A DNA stretch of 63,985 bases, filler included, from Reclinomonas americana ATCC 50394 (taxonomy: Eukaryota): NCBI GenBank assembly GCA_048213135.1. It is 7 parts of 5 records of this genome, joined end to end, with 100 filler letters (N's around TTAATTAATTAA, not from the genome) between each part and the next. Parts side by side here need not be neighbours in the genome. Positions count along the whole stretch, not along the records: positions 8,850 to 26,663 come from PS015402.1; positions 26,764 to 43,316 come from PS015402.1; 5 more parts are not named here. One strand, given 5' to 3'. This document shows positions 24,301 through 37,600 of the stretch, piece after piece. Numbering within the stretch: the first letter of the stretch is position 1; every line of letters begins with the position of its first letter. The notes beneath the pieces are model-generated. The model made no database searches. It saw only the letters and a list, made by a program, of their open reading frames with translations, and was not told the origin of the DNA. The position numbers and the translations under genes were made by a program.

Positions 24301-27300
24301 CGAACTGGCCCCGGTGGAGGCGGTCACCGATTTTGTCATTAGCATCTCCAAGTACTTGGATCACTGCCTGGCCAAGCAACCCGCTGGACCACCCGCTGTC
24401 GACGTGCTGGCGGAGACCGACAAGGAGAATGTCGGCAAGTCGGCCTCAGAAGCACCGAAGAAACGGCAAAAGAGGGCCGCTACGACGGTGTTGGCCGACG
24501 TGCCGGTCGAGGGTGACGATGATGGCGACGACGGCGAGCCAAAAGCGTTGCGCTGCCTCGCCATCGTGAGATAACCCCACAGTCGATGCTGTCGATGCTG
24601 AATCCCTTTTGCCTGCGCAGAAACCGCAAGAGGCAAAAGAAGAGCGAACGGGAAAAGGACGAGAGACCAACACAGGACGACATGGTCACCGATTCGACAC
24701 ACTCGGACGACAAGCGCGAAATCTGCAGCCTCACTTCGCCCGAGTTGCAACAGGCACGTGTTTCTACCTCTTCAATGCACCGATGGCGCCACGCTTATCT
24801 TTTCCCGCAGGTTCTCCAAATCCAGTCCGTACTCCTGCGCGGCATCGTTCCCGCGCTGCGCGAGGAGAAGAATCGCGAGCTACTGGCCAAGGTGGTGGCC
24901 AGGCTCAACTACAACGACATTCTGCAGCGCGTGGCCGCAGATCCGACCATTCCCGCCCAGGTGCGCGGACTCGTGTTGGAAACGTGCGCGTTTGCCGGCG
25001 AGGACGACCGAGAGGAGGTGGCCACCGAGTGTGCTCGCTCACTGGTCAAGGTACGCGCGCTTCGTTGGAGTGCGTGCAGTCGACACTTGTGAGTCGCGCG
25101 TGTGTGTGACTCGGTGTGCAGGTGTGTGGCGAGGACGGCTCGGAAAGTCTATGTGAATCGAGTGTGCATTTGCTTGTGCGCTCCGGCCACGGCAAGGAGG
25201 TGGAATCGTTGTTGAAGGCGCTGCTTTGCGACCAATTTTCGGCGCTGAGCGGCGTGGCGCGGAACGAAGTCGGCAAGTGGGATGCAGCACGCAAAATCCG
25301 TGCCGCCACCCTCGTGCTCGACTGCATTTCGGTGTGTTGTTCGTTTCTGGCAGAGCAGTGTCAGTACAGTACACTCACTCGGCGTTCGCAGTCCATGCGT
25401 GACGTCCCGGCGAGCTTTGCGCCGACACTGGCACGCATCAAGGGCTTGGTGCAGGATCTCATCACGCAGCCGACACTCTGGCAGACGCCACTCTCGCTGA
25501 TGGCCACAGGTACGATGAAAACGACGCAGAGTACCATGCAACTTGCGACTCACCACGCATCTTTCNNNNNNNNNNNNNNNNNNNNNNNNNNNNNNNNNNN
25601 NNNNNNNNNNNNNNNNNNNNNNNNNNNNNNNNNNNNNNNNNNNNNNNNNNNNNNNNNNNNNNNNNNNNNNNNNNNNNNNNNNNNNNNNNNNNNNNNNNNN
25701 NNNNNNNNNNNNNNNNNNNNNNNNNNNNNNNNNNNNNNNNNNNNNNNNNNNNNNNNNNNNNNNNNNNNNNNNNNNNNNNNNNNNNNNNNNNNNNNNNNNN
25801 NNNNNNNNNNNNNNNNNNNNNNNNNNNNNNNNNNNNNNNNNNNNNNNNNNNNNNNNNNNNNNNNNNNNNNNNNNNNNNNNNNNNNNNNNNNNNNNNNNNN
25901 NNNNNNNNNNNNNNNNNNNNNNNNNNNCCAACACCCTCTGTGCACTTCCACAAGAGATTCTTCAACGAGAACCGTGCACCCTCCGCTGCTACCGACGAGA
26001 AGCATCCGAGTGCCGTCAACTGTGCAATTCCCTGCATCACAGCCTCGAGGAGCTGCAGCGGGAACTTGCACGAGGCCAGATCGCCCCTGCCACGCGAACG
26101 TCAGCATCGCGAATCACTCGAAAGTGCACACTCCACAACTAGCGCAACTCTTTGCCGCTCGGCGCTGATGACTCGCCAGCACTTGCGTCGGCTGCCGCAG
26201 ACTCGCCATCTTCGGCCGTTGCCGTTCGACCGCGCTTCTTGCCGCCAGCTCGTGATTTGCCGGCGGCAGACTTGCCAGCCGCGTACTGAGCTCGCTGCTT
26301 GGCGTACTCGGAAAGGCACAGTGGGTACTCGGGGAGCAGCTTGTCGGTCATCCAGTCCACAATCAGCAGCATTTCATCTGCGGGGTACAAATCAGCCACC
26401 TTGCGCGCTCCCAAAGTAGGACAGCACACGCAGTGACGTACCCGATGGTTGCGGTAGGGCATCACCGTCACTGCATCCTCATCCGGAACTCGAGCAACCA
26501 CACCCTCAGCCTCCTCGTCATCGTTCTTGGCAGCCTTGCCCGTCGATGCGCCTGCCACGGCGGCAAACACATCTTGCATGCAGAGGCGAAAGTACGCAAA
26601 CACCAGTCGCAGCACACCGGCCTCGCAGGCGGCCAGTCGTGCAGCGGAGAATGTCTCCTCTGCNNNNNNNNNNNNNNNNNNNNNNNNNNNNNNNNNNNNN
26701 NNNNNNNTTAATTAATTAANNNNNNNNNNNNNNNNNNNNNNNNNNNNNNNNNNNNNNNNNNNNTGAGTCTTTTTTTCCATCCTCCAAGCGACTTGCATGA
26801 TTGGCGATGCACTCATATGACTCTCTCGCACGTGCAGACAGCAGCATGTTGCTGGCCATGATGCCGTCGATGGTCAACATGGCATTGCAGTTTGCCGACA
26901 CGCCGCTGGTGCGTGTGCCCTGCTTTTGTGTGTGGATGTGCGTGTACGAATCGTTTCTCATGTGACGCGGCAGACTCTTGAGCTTGGCGTCAAGATCTTC
27001 CGTCGGTGCATCAAGCTGTGCGGCAACTCCAGCGAGTACGAGGACTTTGACGACAGCGTCAGGGAGCAATGTGAGTGCGTGTCCACGAGGGTGCGTGTCA
27101 AGAGTTAGTTTCCAACCCTACGTGCAGTCTTTGCTCTTGCCAAGTCGTTTGGACCGCGTTTCCTGCGACACTTGGCCGCTCGCGGCGTCATCACCGAGGA
27201 CATGAGCTTGAAGTTGTTCATGTTCACCTGCAAGCACATTGACCTGTCGGCCATTGGTGAGATCTTTGCCATCGAGGACGAGGAGGAGCAGGGCGTGGTG

Positions 27301-27953
27301 CAAGCCCGCATTGCCAAGCGCAAGGTCAACATGCTTGTTCGTCTCTTTTTTTCCTACTGCATTGTCGCTCAACTCGCCACGACCGGATGCAGGTGTTGAC
27401 GTTTGACACATTTTCGTCGGCCGTGCGAGCCACGGCACAGCTGATGTTGGAAGCGTCGTCGGCTGCCGGCCCGCTGACGGCACTATCGCTTGTGCTGGTA
27501 CGCCAACAGTGTCTCTCATTGTGATGTGTGATGGCTCGTCACTGAATAACATTGACGGGCATGCTGTACAGCACGTGCGCCGGCTGCTGCTGTCACAAGA
27601 GACAACCTTTTCGCTGCTTCATCGGTACGCCGCGTTCTGCTTGTTGTGCCGACTTGCCGCTCAGGCGCCACCAGCCGGTGAGTGCAATGGCCACCTTCGG
27701 CACTCTCATGCATCACGCACCGTACTCACCACGTTTGGTACAGATCGACAGCAACTCACGGAAGTGATGGAGGAGGCCATGGCGGTGGTGCAGCACCCAG
27801 ACACTCCAGTGTTGCGTCGTGTATGTGAGTGCGCGCAGATGTACTCGCCGTGCTGACCTCTTGCACAGTGACAGTCCGTGGGCAGCCACGGCACTCGCCA
27901 CCGGCATGGCCAACGCAATTCACGGAGTGCGTGCACTGGCCGCCGTCGAATAA
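21307..27953 (+). CDS. NCAPG2: Condensin-II complex subunit G2; internal segment 25928-26663 assembled in reverse
   Basis: LLRLYEPILFRSLKVANNAVRRNAAHLFFDAFP..LLSDSCPDVRAVAVQGVC..DLAFDSNSVGVRVAVFEGLSAVLDNHLAHPVLQSMLP..QDRSERVRRAFADLL..VPLDHI. Confidence 0.9.
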
Positions 27954-28159
27954 GCTTCACTCCACCGTTCTTGTTGTTCTTGTTTTGTGTGTCTTAAGTG
28001 TGTTTTGCATTCCCCATTTTTCTCTCCACAATTACCACTGTCGCAGGAAGAGAGGACGCAGCGTGCGCAATCATGTCGCTTGCGTCTGTCGCGATTGAAA
28101 TCATAGAAAAGAGGAATAAGCAGAAAAGACGTGTTTGTCTCTTTACTGCTGTCGCCACA

Positions 28160-29663
28160 TCAATAGTGCCTGGCGCACGCCTCCTGAACTTCGTTCTTGA
28201 TCGAATCCAGCAACCTCTTGCGCGCTCCTGGATTGATAGCAGCACAAACGTAGTACGACGGCACGCTCACAAACGTGACGGGCCGCTTGTCCGAGTCGGC
28301 CAGCAGCAACACATTCAGCGGCTCTGTGCGCGCACATACACATATGGATGAGTCCAACGCACAGCGCGCTCACAGTTTCTCTCCGTCGTCCACTCACCGC
28401 CGTTGGCATCGTCGTCGGGCACCTCGACCGACGACATGGGCGCCACCACCATGTGCATACTGTCGCGCGCCGCGCTCTCCACATCCTCCACCGACCGCAC
28501 ACCGACGACCACGCGACCCTCGGACTCGGATGATGGATCTTCGTTCAGCGAGGGCATGGCGACCGACATGGACGATCTTCTTTGCTTGGCCATCTTCGAG
28601 AGCATCAACACGAGACGGCAGCCGAGCTTCGAGTAACGCAGCACTGCGTGCGATCCGACCACACTCTGCTCCAGCGTCTGCATGCATGACAAGACAATAT
28701 TAGTGGCGAGACAGCAGCTTTGTGAACGACGGCGAGTACGCACCATGCCATACGTCTGCCAGAACGACAGGTTGCCGGCCATATTATTAACATTGACACA
28801 AATGGCGCTAATGGGATCGCGCGAGGCACCACGAGCCGGATGTCTGGCACTGTTGGTCACCACCACGCCATATCCATCGGGGCTCTCCAGTGTGTACGCC
28901 GTCACATCGACCTCGCCCGTCGGCAACACCGACTCCACCGCTGTCTTAGTGGGGTAGCTCGTCTTGGCCACTCGGGCGAAAATGCTGCACACGCACACGC
29001 ACACACCAGTGAGCTCACGTGGTGCACACACACACACACACGCACGCTTTGCGTCTCCCTCACCTGTCACTGCAAATGCGCAGCGAGTTGAAGCCCGGGT
29101 CACGCTTGGCCGGGTCCAGACGGTGCCCGTAGTAGTACGTCAGCTCCAGTGCTGTGTGCGTCTCCTCTGCGCCATACGCCAACACACTCTTGCTCCAACG
29201 AATCAGTCGACCCGGCTGCTGATCGTCTTCTGCCTCGAATTCCTCGTGTCGCAACACTGCACCGCCACACCTGTGTGAGACACACACACACACATACATA
29301 CACACACGCGCACATGGACCGCGACACAAACCATACATGCCGAGCAGATTGGCAAAAAACCGCAGATTTGCGTCTGTTTGACACACAAAAGTCAGGCACA
29401 CACACACACTCGCGCACACTGACAGAGAGACACACACGCGCGCACACACCTCGTGAGGAGATGGTGAGAGCATAGTGGAGCACACGTGCGCCTTCGACGG
29501 CCGACTCTGGCACCTTGACCTTGTGCTGCTGCTGCTGTTGCTGCAAGAGGTGCGCACGAGGCGACGACATTCCACTGCTTGAAGAGGGAGCATCACCCCA
29601 TCCACCGCGCGGTGTGCACGGCGCAGAGGCCTCGCCACGAGGAGTCAGCAGCGGCACCGACAT
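28160..29663 (-). CDS. GLOD4: Glyoxalase domain-containing protein 4-like
   Basis: RVLHYALTI..RFFANLLGMYVLRHEEFE..WSKSVLAYGAEETHTALELTYYYG..LESPDGY..; second domain FWQT..LLADSD. Confidence 0.75.
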
Positions 29664-29874
29664 GTTTTATATGCTCTTCTCCTCTCTCTCTCCTCCCTCT
29701 GGCGATTCCGATGGCGTTTTTTGCGGTTGTCCGTTTTTTGTGCACGAACATGAGCTTCAGCTTTTGGGACCACACACGCACACGCACACACACATTCATG
29801 CACTGCGTGGCGTGTGTGTGTGTGTGATGGGGAGTGAATATGCATCCTCTCGTCGAATGATAGAAAACGCGAGA

Positions 29875-30882
29875 AAAGGGAGGGAATGACACATCAATGA
29901 AACATCAGTGACAAAAACGTGGTTTCTAGACAAACGGACACCAATTGAAGACTTCGGCGCGAACCCGGTTCCCGCCACCTCCCATCTCACACACGCATCG
30001 TCGCGGGTCGCTTTGCAGCTCATTCGATGCGCCACTGCAAGAGCTTCAAGATGGTGCGAACAGCGTGCTGTGCGCTTGCGCGCCCGGTGAGAAAGTCGCG
30101 CGCCACACCGATTTCTCGTGACCGACTCAACAGTCGTCTCGGCGCGTGCACCAAGCCCCGCACTTCCCACGCAGCACGCTCTTCGTGGCGAGGCTCATTG
30201 TGTAGCCAAGAGGCTCCCCTGATGCCAAAATTCAGAAAAACGCAACGGCGAGCCTCAGTCGATGAGCACGCTGTGTCACACCATCACCCAAGCCGATTTC
30301 CTCATGTCAACCCTTGACACACTGATGGAGCTGTGTCCGATTGAAATCTTTCGGCCAACCCACTCGACTTTTCGACCGCCGCTGACCGCCGCGTGAGTGT
30401 GCATCAAGTGGGGAATGCCTGCTTGCTTGTTCCCTCTCAGAGACTCCGAAAAATATTTTGCAACAAAAAACATGCGGACACGCAGTTCGATTGCATGATG
30501 CGAACAGTGGCGTTGACCGCAGCCGTCGACGCAGCAAGTCGCGTGTTGTTTTTCTGAATTTTGGCACTACCTCAGCGATCCAGCTACAAAATGGTGTGAG
30601 TCACGCGCACAGTGCGTCACGGGAAGGTCGGGGCTTGGTGCACGCGCCGTCGGAGGGTGCGAAAAAATCAAGCATTTTGTGCACCACAAAAGTTCTGCTT
30701 TGTTGCAGGCGCCGCTTCGCAGCTCATTCGATAGCTCCATGAACGAGCTTTTCAACGCTCTGACACGATCAGCGCAAACTTACATGAATGCCTGGTGAGA
30801 AATGGATATGACATTTCTCTCAATAAGCCTGGGAAACCCATTTTGCGAGATTTTGTCACTGATTGTGTCGCCCCCTCCCTTT
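29875..30882. mobile_element. Non-autonomous long-TIR (foldback/MITE/MULE-like) element with a 13-bp flanking direct repeat
   Basis: Inverted matches: 29875-29884/30873-30882, 29904-29916/30851-30863, 30141-30160/30629-30648, 30223-30241/30548-30566. AGAAAACGCGAGA flanks both ends (29862-29874 and 30883-30895). No ORF with recognisable motifs. Confidence 0.7.
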
Positions 30883-30921
30883 AGAAAACGCGAGATAAGG
30901 ATTTTTTACTGTAGTGAACGG

Positions 30922-33900
30922 CTATTTTTCCGGGAAGAAACCTCCCGACCGCAATGCCGAAATGGAGACGTACGGCTTGATCGGCGGCGCCACGCCCGCC
31001 AGCTGCAGTCGCGTGTAGTAGCTCTGGCGCAACGCAAGCATGCTGCGTGGCTTCGGGCGTGCAGAGGGCGCAGGCGGTGCCATCTCGGCCATGGCCCACA
31101 GATCCACAGCCTGCGATATGGNNNNNNNNNNNNNNNNNNNNNNNNNNNNNNNNNNNNNNNNNNNNNNNNNNNNNNNNNNNNNNNNNNNNNNNNNNNNNNN
31201 NNNNNNNNNNNNNNNNNNNNNNNNNNNNNNNNNNNNNNNNNNNNNNNNNNNNNNNNNNNNNNNNNNNNNNNNNNNNNNNNNNNNNNNNNNNNNNNNNNNN
31301 NNNNNNNNNNNNNNNNNNNNNNNNNNNNNNNNNNNNNNNNNNNNNNNNNNNNNNNNNNNNNNNNNNNNNNNNNNNNNNNNNNNNNNNNNNNNNNNNNNNN
31401 NNNNNNNNNNNNNNNNNNNNNNNNNNNNNNNNNNNNNNNNNNNNNNNNNNNNNNNNNNNNNNNNNNNNNNNNNNNNNNNNNNNNNNNNNNNNNNNNNNNN
31501 NNNNNNNNNNNNNNNNNNNNNNNNNNNNNNNNNNNNNNNNNNNNNNNNNNNNNNNNNNNNNNNNNNNNNNNNNNNNNNNNNNNNNNNNNNNNNNNNNNNN
31601 NNNNNNNNNNNNNNNNNNNNNNNNNNNNNNNNNNNNNNNNNNNNNNNNNNNNNNNNNNNNNNNNNNNNNNNNNNNNNNNNNNNNNNNNNNNNNNNNNNNN
31701 NNNNNNNNNNNNNNNNNNNNNNNNNNNNNNNNNNNNNNNNNNNNNNNNNNNNNNNNNNNNNNNNNNNNNNNNNNNNNNNNNNNNNNNNNNNNNNNNNNNN
31801 NNNNNNNNNNNNNNNCTTCGACGTGAGCAGAGGGAGACAGAGAGAGCGAGGGCGAACAAGGAGCACACACCTTGCCGAGCTCGGGTACCGCGGGTGTGGC
31901 GGACTCCGCTGCCGCCTGTGCGGAGGCCTTGGCCTTGGCGTAATCGTAGCAGGGAATGCGAATGACTTCATGGTACAAGAAGGTGCCGCCGAGGAGAATG
32001 ACGAAACCGCCGACTTGGAGCCAGTGGAAGCTCTCCCAGCCAACAGCCAGCGACACGATCCACACAAAGAGGGTGCTGCAGTGGCAAGGGGATTTGAGAT
32101 GGGGAAGAGGGGCGGGGGTGAGATGATGAGAGAACACATGGTACAAACCGGCAAGCATCAATGGTGGCGCGATGGGTGGCCGACACGTGCTTGGTGATGG
32201 AGACACCGAAAAAGTTGAAAAACGCAATGGAGAAGATGGAGCCGATGATGGCCAGCAGCAGGAAGGCATTGTGACCCATCTGGATCCAGGCCTGCGGAGA
32301 GTGTGTCAGCCGCCATTCCATCATCACTACGACACCTCGTGCTTGCATCACTGCACCTCGTACGTGTTCTGGAAGGCGCCGTGATCGTTGCCGGGGATGA
32401 ACTGCATAATGATCAAGGCAACGGCCGTGGTGGCCATGCCCCAGAATCCCTCCAGACCGACGCACACCAGTGCCGGTGCCTGCACACAGAGGCATGAGCA
32501 NNNNNNNNNNNNNNNNNNNNNNNNNNNNNNNNNNNNNNNNNNNNNNNNNNNNNNNNNNNNNNNNNNNNNNNNNNNNNNNNNNNNNNNNNNNNNNNNNNNN
32601 NNNNNNNNNNNNNNNNNNNNNNNNNNNNNNNNNNNNNNNNNNNNNNNNNNNNNNNNNNNNNNNNNNNNNNNNNNNNNNNNNNNNNNNNNNNNNNNNNNNN
32701 NNNNNNNNNNNNNNNNNNNNNNNNNNNNNNNNNNNNNNNNNNNNNNNNNNNNNNNNNNNNNNNNNNNNNNNNNNNNNNNNNNNNNNNNNNNNNNNNNNNN
32801 NNNNNNNNNNNNNNNNNNNNNGAGCAACAACAAACAGCTGTGGAGAGCAAGTTGCCGCAGCACGCACATTGTACTTGGCGAGCAGCTTCTCTTCCAGAAT
32901 GAACTGCGTGGCCGTCACGATCTGCGCCAAGATGACCAGCACGTCACCGAGCAGCGGGTTCTTGGCGGCTGTGTCATGCGGGTGAGCACGAACAGAGAGA
33001 GATGACTGCCAGCATCATTCGCTTCACACGCACGTTCGCCCGAATCGTACAGCACTGACGACAAGCCGACGACGCCGACACCAATCACCACCAGTGAAAT
33101 GCCGAGGTAGTGGAAGAGGAAGAGCCGTCGCTTCAGGAACACGACGGTGAAGATGCCTGGTCATACGAGGGTAAGCGACACACGAACGTGCTGACACACC
33201 GCACCGCACACACGCCGCACCTGCAAACACGACGAGCGAGCCACGAAGCATCTGGTACACACTGGCGTAGGTAAACAGCAGGCCGACATTCAACCTGTGC
33301 GCGCAGTACGAATAAACGTAAGACGGAGTCGTGTTCGCGCACAAGACGAGGTGTGGCACGAAACAGAGTGGTGGCAATCATGTCGCAGCCGGCAGGCAGC
33401 CAGAAGATGAGCATCGGCACCTTTGGCGTCGGCGCTGCGTGTGGCACAGAGGTGTGAGTGACTGTACCACGAACCGCGGCTGCCCACAACCGCTCACCAG
33501 GCTCCACCGTCGTCGAGGCCACCGAATCCGACGACGCTCGGGCACCCGACGCACTCAACAGCGATCGACGCTCCTCGTGCGCCTCCACGTCGGTCACCAG
33601 ATCACGTGAATCGCGGCCATTCACCGCCACCACACTCGGCGCATTCAACGATCCGCTCCCCGAGCCCACCTGTCAACACCCAATGAGATCAATCATCTCG
33701 CTCTTTCGCTCTATCTCAATCGCCTCCAATCGCGCAACTCTGCTCCGATCAATCTGCGTCTGCTGCGCAGCAAGTGCTGCGGCCGCAGTCTTGCGCTCCG
33801 ATCGCTTCCGGAACCACTCATAGATGTAAAAGGCCCCCAAGCACAGAGTTTCTCCGACAAACATGCAAAACGTTTGGAACCTGCGCGCAGCAGAATGACA

Positions 33901-34595
33901 GACTGAGATAAGAAGAGAGGCAAGCAGTGCACAGCAATGTGCGCAGTGCGCAGTGTACCCTGGATGCGAGAACTCGTCGAGGTTGCCATCACTGCCGCGA
34001 CTCTTGATCTTGTCTTGCAGCTTGGTGACTGCAAGGAATCCCAGAATCACTCGAGTGTCGCAATCATACACAAATGCGTCTCCCTCTCTCCCTCTCTCTT
34101 TCACACACACAACACACGCACAGAGGCGCACACAAGAGGAGCAAAGGGAGAAGAGGGGGGTGATGTGCAAGCCATCAAACATCCCTTTCACCCCCACGCG
34201 CGCCCGCCCCCCTCGCATGCACGCGAGACACAGAGTGCGCATTGCAAAGAGCAAGAGGCACACACACGCACACACGCGGAGAGGAGAAGAAGAGAGCGAC
34301 AAAATGCGCACACACAACACACTATATCTCCCCCGTTGTGTGCGCGTCTCTCTCTTCTGTCTCCTTCGTCTTTCCCACAACGCAACAGACAGTGTTAGCT
34401 GCACAGAGACACACACACACACAGAGGGGGGAGTGTGTGTGAGTGATCAAGCACTGTCGGAGCATTGATTATCAACTGTGCGAGTGAGAGAGAGAGCTCA
34501 CCAGTGCCCGTGAGCAACATGAGTGCCGCAAACGTGAGCACATAGCAGGCGCTCTTGCGAGGCGCACTGTCCTTGCCACCAGCACTCGCCACCAT
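30922..34595 (-). CDS. SLC35F6: SLC35F6-like nucleotide-sugar/DMT transporter
   Basis: FAALMLLTGTANTVFTKLQD..FSHP.FQTFCMFVGETLCL; FWLPAGCDMIATTLLNVGLLFTYASVYQMLRGS; Q.ILEEK; VGLEGFWG; SIAFFNFFGVSITKHVSATHRATIDACRTLFVW. The last exon (30922-31110) is assigned across a gap. Confidence 0.9.
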
Positions 34596-34647
34596 TGCAC
34601 AAAGGGACAGTGACGAACGCTCGCGCACACACTGACTGTGACACACA

Positions 34648-37600
34648 ATGGAGAGCCTCGGTCTCTCCGAAGTCTACCTCGTGCGCAACTTGCGCGTTGG
34701 CCGACTCCTCTGTGTTGCGTCTCTCTCTCTCTCTTTCTCGTTCACTCTCTCTCTGATGCGCTTGTCTCACACACACACATGTCAGTGCACTTTTGACGAG
34801 TCACAATGGACGCGCGTGTTCTCTGGAGAGGCGGCGTCTGCCCCAGAGGAGGGCTTGGCTGTCACGCGACGCATGCTGGTGTTGGATATGCCGGCCTCGG
34901 CCATGTTGCGTCTCTTGTGTGTCTGAGTATCTGTCTCTCTCTCTCACTGACTGCATGCTGTGCACACAAGGCGTGAGTCGTCACTGTCGTCGTGGTCAGT
35001 GGGACGCGCTGCTGCCAGTGCGGCTGCTGCTGCTGCGGATGATGTTGTGCGACGTGCGGAGGGTGAGGGCGAGGCGAGGAGTGAGTCGCCGGACTCGTTG
35101 TTCGGAGGTTTGTCAGCCTGCCTGTGCGCTTGTGTTGCTGGTGCAGCTTATGCGTCATGTGTGTGCGCGTAGCAGGAGCAGCAGGGATGGGTGGCTCGCC
35201 GCCGACTCGAGGCGCGCGTGAGCAGTTCACTCCGTCGCCGCCATCGTCGCGGTCGCCGACACCCGAGGTGCAGGTGACTGCGGCTGGTGCTGGTGGCGTG
35301 CAGGTGTGCTCGTCTATGCGTGTGTGTGTGTGCACTGCGCGCGTGAGTGCTGGAGAGTGTTGATCGGTGGAGTGCAGGGTGGCATGACGCTGGCGCAGTT
35401 CGTGGAGAGTCTGCAACCGATGTCGCGCGCCGATGTGTTTCCGCATGAGGCACTGGTGCGATCGCTGCGGTGTCGGCGGAGGCGGCAGCCGGCGGCTGGC
35501 AGTGTGGCTGGCGATGAAGTGGATTCGGTGTGTTCGTGTGTTATCGCGTGATGGCGAGTGCGTGCTCACGGTGTGCGAGTGATAGGATGCGTCGTCGGTG
35601 GAGAGTGAGGACTGGTCCGACGAGGACGTCATGTGGCTGGAGTCCGACGAGCAGCAGTTGATTCTGCACAACAAGGCCAGCTTTGAGCACACACTGTACT
35701 GGATGCGTGAGCGAGAGGACATGGATGAGAGCTCGTTTTTCACGATCTTCAAGGCGCTCTCTGCGGTCGAGGACACCGAGGTGCTGCATTCCATTCTCGT
35801 TGCAAGTTCTTTCTTCTCTGCGCCTTCTCATCGCCGCGTGTCTTCTTGCAGCGACCACCTGTGGTTACTGTCGGTGTGTACGCTCTGATACCCAGAGTGC
35901 GTGCAAGTGTGGCTCACACTGCTGGCCATTGTTGTTGCAGGGACCTACGAGTATCGCCTGTTGTTTGAGCGATGGGGTGCGGAAGCGGGTGTGGCGGAGC
36001 GATACCCACACCTGGTGGGCAGCTGTGTTGTTCCGCGAGCAGCAGTCGAGTACCGGCGGCGACGCAGGCGAGAGGACGAGGAGGAAGAGAGCGAGAGCGC
36101 CGCTGGCGACAATGAGGTCTCTCGGGTCGTCCAACTCTGCTTCGATTCAGACTCACTGATGACGATTGCAGGCGCAGCATCACGAGCCGCGAGTGCTTTT
36201 GCTGCTGCATGGTGAAAAGGCCACCATGCAGGATCTGTTGTTGTACAATCACCACCTGCTGGACGACGAGTTGCACGTGACCTTCCTGGTGTATCAGATT
36301 CTGAGGGTGAGTGAGATTGTCAAGGACGAATCCTGTGATTGATGATGTGCTCACACGATCGTCACAGTTGATCGCACGTGCGCATCACTGCGAGGTGCCA
36401 CTGGCGGACTTGCTGGAACCCTCCGTTCTCTTCCTGTCGCCACTGCTGTGGATTCGATCACTACCGCTGTTCTTGTGTTCCACCGAACAGCCACACACGG
36501 GCAAGTCACCTGATCGGCGTGTGCGACCAGCGGTTTGTCTTTCCCTTTCTATGTGTCTCTTACTCCCGCTTGGTGGCTAACCTCGTTTACTGCTCGCTCA
36601 CCCATCCAGCATCAAGGGTCACCGACATTCACACAGACACAGCAGCAGCAGCAACAGCAGCAGCAGGCACAACACTCTCCGCAACACTCACAGCACCACG
36701 TGCACCATCAGCAGCAGCAGCAGCGTGCATCCTCTCCACAAACGCGCTCAGGGCGAGTGCTTCCTGCCAAGCATCAAGTCGAAGATGTGCGCTTCTCGCG
36801 AGGTGAGGTGCCCGATTTCCGCATTGGCGAGGTTGTGTTGGCACCCGACCGCGAGTTGCGCTTTTTGTCGCTCGCGTGAGTGTTGGCGTGCAAGACGTCG
36901 CTGATCGTGTGCACTACACTGTGCAGTGGGCGTCTGGTGATGGCCTACATTATTCGCTGCAGCATGTCCACGCGCACTGTGCGGGTGGTGTACCAGACAG
37001 ATGTGGTCGCCGGCTCCACTGATCCGATGCAGTACACCGACCTGCCATCTTATGTGGTTGGCAAGCTTCCGGATCAAACCAGCTGCGTGTGAGAACGAAG
37101 GAGACCGAAAAAGGGGAGAAGCGATCGTGTGACTGACGTGGGTTGTCGCGCTGCAGGTGGTCGAGTTCAGAGTCTGTTCTCCGAAGATCCGCGACGATCG
37201 GTCACGCTGCGCACAGCCAGCTTTCGCAATGCTACTGAGCTGTGGGTGGAGGGACGCATCTCCAATTTCGATTACCTCATCCATTTGAATGCGCTGGCCG
37301 GTCGCAAGGAGGGCGACTGCAATCGCCATCCCGTGTTTCCGTGGGTCACCAACTTTCGACTGCTTTCTGTCGCCGTTTCGTCCCCCTGTGAGTTGTAATA
37401 TGTGTGTTTTGTCGCTGACTTTGGTTGTGTGGAGCAGAATATTCCCGAGCGCATTGCCGACCGCGGCGAGGGCGTGCTGGCGTTGCGCGATCTGACGCGG
37501 ACAAAGTTCCGCCTGCAGAAAGGTGAGACCTGTTGCCGCATCGTGTCCATGGAGGGCGCGGCGCTCAGGTGTCTCTGCTTGCGCAGGCGATCACGTGCTC

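Noticed and set aside
24754..24810. GC-AG intron in NCAPG2 (cag|gcacgt)
   Set aside because: It is an ordinary minor variant of U2-type introns and not novel.
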